A stretch of DNA of 64,000 nucleotides, from NCBI GenBank assembly GCA_030390025.1, contig JASTWF010000070.1:744001-808000 (forward strand). Direction: 5' to 3'. The notes under the pieces are model-generated. The model made no database searches and was not told the origin of the DNA. It saw only the letters and a list, made by a program, of their open reading frames with translations. Source of the stretch: Squalus acanthias. Taxonomy: Eukaryota. This document shows positions 61,666-64,000 of the stretch, in pieces. Made by a program: the position numbers and the translations under genes. Every line of letters begins with the position of its first letter. Within the stretch, counting starts at the first letter, position 1.

Positions 61666-62773
61666 GATGGACACCTACGGACACCTACGGACACTGAAAG
61701 ACGCTCTCGTAAGAACGTGATATGACGCTCGACTCGTCGATCGACAGTTCCGACGGGCCACAGCGAAAAACCGCATAGACCTCCTCAGAAGACGAACACG
61801 GGACACAACCAACAGAGTACCCTACGTCGTCCAGTACTTCCCCGGAGCGGAAAAACTACGCCATGTTCTTCGCAGCCTTCAACATGTCATCGATGACGAC
61901 GAACACCTTGCTAAGGCCATCCCCACGCCTCCACTACTCGCCTTCAAGCAGCCGCCTAACCTCAAAAGTACCATCGTTCGCAGCAGATTACCCATCTTTC
62001 AGGAGAACAGCAACCAAGACACCACACAACCCTGCCACGGCAACCTCTGCAAGACATGCCAAATCATGGACACAGATACCATCATTACACGTGAGGACAC
62101 TACCCACCAGGTACACGGTACATACTCATGTGACTCGGCCAACGTTGTCTACCTGATACGTTGCAGTAAAGGATGCTCCAGAGCATGGTACATCGGCGAG
62201 ACCATGCAGACACTGAGACAACGTATGAACGGACACCGCGCAACAATCGCCAGGCAGGAGGGTTGCCTCCCAGTCGGGGAACACTTCAGCAGCCAGGGGC
62301 ATTCAGCCTCGGATCTGCGGGTAAGCGTTCTCCAAGGCGGCCTTCGAGATACACGACAGCGTAAAATCATAGAGCAGAAACTGATAGCCAAGTTCGGCAC
62401 TCATGAGGATGGCCTCAATCGCGATATCGGGTTCATGTCACGATACAGAACGTGACTTGACATCATGGCCGGTCTTCCCAGGTGTTTTTTTGGTTTTTTT
62501 TTTAAAAAGGCTAACACAAGAACACAAATTGACAGGATATGCAGCCAGCAGGTGGTTTGACACGTTGGACCCCCTGGGACACATCTCATTGTCTTGGCTG
62601 TGCTCTTTGTTGTAACGAATAATGTGAATAGATTTTGTCTGGGTTTAAATTGTGAATTCTGGGAGATTCTCTCATTGCTAACTTACCTGACGAAGGAGCG
62701 ACAGCTCCGAAAGCTTGTAAAATTAAATAAATCTGTTGGACTATAACCTGGTGTTGTGCGACTTCTCATTTTC
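61666..62773 (+). mobile_element. 5'-truncated Penelope-like element (GIY-YIG end plus 3' pLTR), 11-bp TSD
   Basis: SANVVYLIRC..WYIGETMQTLRQRMNGH..GLNRD; ATTTTAGTCTG at 61655-61665 and 62774-62784; site is empty in copies 1 and 2. Confidence 0.9.
62683..62720 (+). ncRNA. Minimal hammerhead ribozyme motif
   Basis: TTAC-CTGACGA-aGGAGC gaca GCTCC-GAAA-GCTT-GTAA: core boxes, stem II, palindromic stem III, stem I TTAC/GTAA. Confidence 0.75.
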
Positions 62774-63519
62774 ATTTTAGTCTGAGTCGCCCCATTTAAA
62801 ACTCAGGATGGCAAATAAAACTCGGCACAATATTAATAAGATGACACCTTGCCTTTAATTTGCTGCGGGTCCGATTAATGCGCGTAGTTCCCGTTTTAAA
62901 CCCTGTTCCAGTTGAATTATTAAGCGGCGGGGTCAGTTGTTTCTGGGGGTCTGTGATGTTGAACATTTCCCCTGTTTGGAGTCAATCCCTAACTCCCCAC
63001 ATTGAGTCCTGGTTCATGTTTTTAAAAGTCAGATTGAAACTGGTTGGTGTCAATTACTTGAGGGCGAAAGAAAAATGTACTAAATTTTTAATAAATGGGT
63101 TGGCTTCAGATATTAGCGTCAAAGGAATAATATTTTTTTGTTTTCATAAATAAATATCTTAATTGTGTATCTGTGAAGTTAGATATTTCCCTGTTTCTTA
63201 GAAAAACACACAGAGAGGCCGGAGGGATTCTCGCCCCCTGGAGTAGCCGGCATTGAATTCCGGCAGCGATTGGTTCTCACCTGCCAAGAGGGGCGTTTCG
63301 GTGAAGCCCAGTTGCTTGGTTCTGTTTCTGCGCTTGAACTGGTCACTGAATCCTCAGGTCTGTTAGAATTATTAAAGGGGCTTTGGTGCTGTGACTGGAG
63401 CTACTCTCTCAACCTTGCACAGGGACCAAGAGCTTTGTCACTGCTGACAGTGACATGGCTGACTGGCGAACCAATCATTGCTGAGCACTGGCCACACAGC
63501 GCACTGCACCTTCGGAACT

Positions 63520-64000
63520 ATAGTTCCACACATGATGCAACAGTTATACATTCCTTTCTGGCGCAAAAACACAAAAGGAAAAGCGGCCCAACCATGGCTA
63601 ACAAAAGAAATGAAGGATAGTATTAGATCTAAAGAAGAGTCATATAAAGTTGCCAGAAAAAGTAGAAAGGCTGAGGATTGGGAACATTTTAGAATTCAGC
63701 AAAAAAGGACCAAGCGATTGATTAAGAGGGGAAAAATAGAGTATGAGAGCAAAATTGCAAGGAACATAAAAGCGGACTGTAAAAGCGCTACAGTTGTGTA
63801 AAAAAAAAAGATTAGTGAAGACAAATTTAGGTCCCTTACAGTCAGAAACGGGAGAATTTATAATGAGTCACAAGGAAATGGAAAGAAATTAAACAAATAC
63901 ATTTGTTCTGTCTTCACGGAAGAGGACACAAATAAATTCCCAGAAATGCTGAGTGAGTGGGCAAATACATGGCAGATGCAGGTGGATAAATGTGAAGTTA
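63520..64000 (+). mobile_element. CR1 LINE fragment at the same position as the insertion upstream of copy 1
   Basis: AAQPWLTKE..EDWEHFRIQQKRTK; junction homologous to ~2895. Confidence 0.8.

Overview
Repeat-rich vertebrate genomic DNA that reads as cartilaginous fish (shark/ray), judged from the Ig light-chain type and the CR1/L2/SINE/Penelope repeat set. It holds three minus-strand cassettes of a germline-joined (pre-fused VJ, no RSS) Ig light-chain gene of the sigma-cart/type I/NS5 class. Copy 1 has an intact L-VJ and its C exon lies outside the window. Copy 2 has a V frameshift and copy 3 an in-frame TAA in V. Between copies 1 and 2 is a cluster of non-rearranging, antigen-receptor-like membrane genes that the ORF track shows only in fragments. 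I assembled two complete, phase-consistent genes by hand. Gene A (+, 17739-24798, 341 aa) is leader-V-C1-TM-tail with ITIM ILYASL. Gene B (-, 36803-29788, 301 aa) is leader-VJ(FGNG)-C1-TM-tail with TLYAHL. Decayed paralog fragments flank both, and the leader/promoter of A is tandemly duplicated. This PRARP-like VJ-C1 inhibitory receptor pair, interleaved with germline-joined IgL genes, is the most notable system here. Also present: Penelope insertions with target-site duplications and minimal hammerhead ribozymes (one a ~1.3 kb near-perfect palindrome), candidate kB and CTCF sites, a Harbinger relic and two assembly gaps. All gene models are hand-derived from sequence, with no expression or database evidence.
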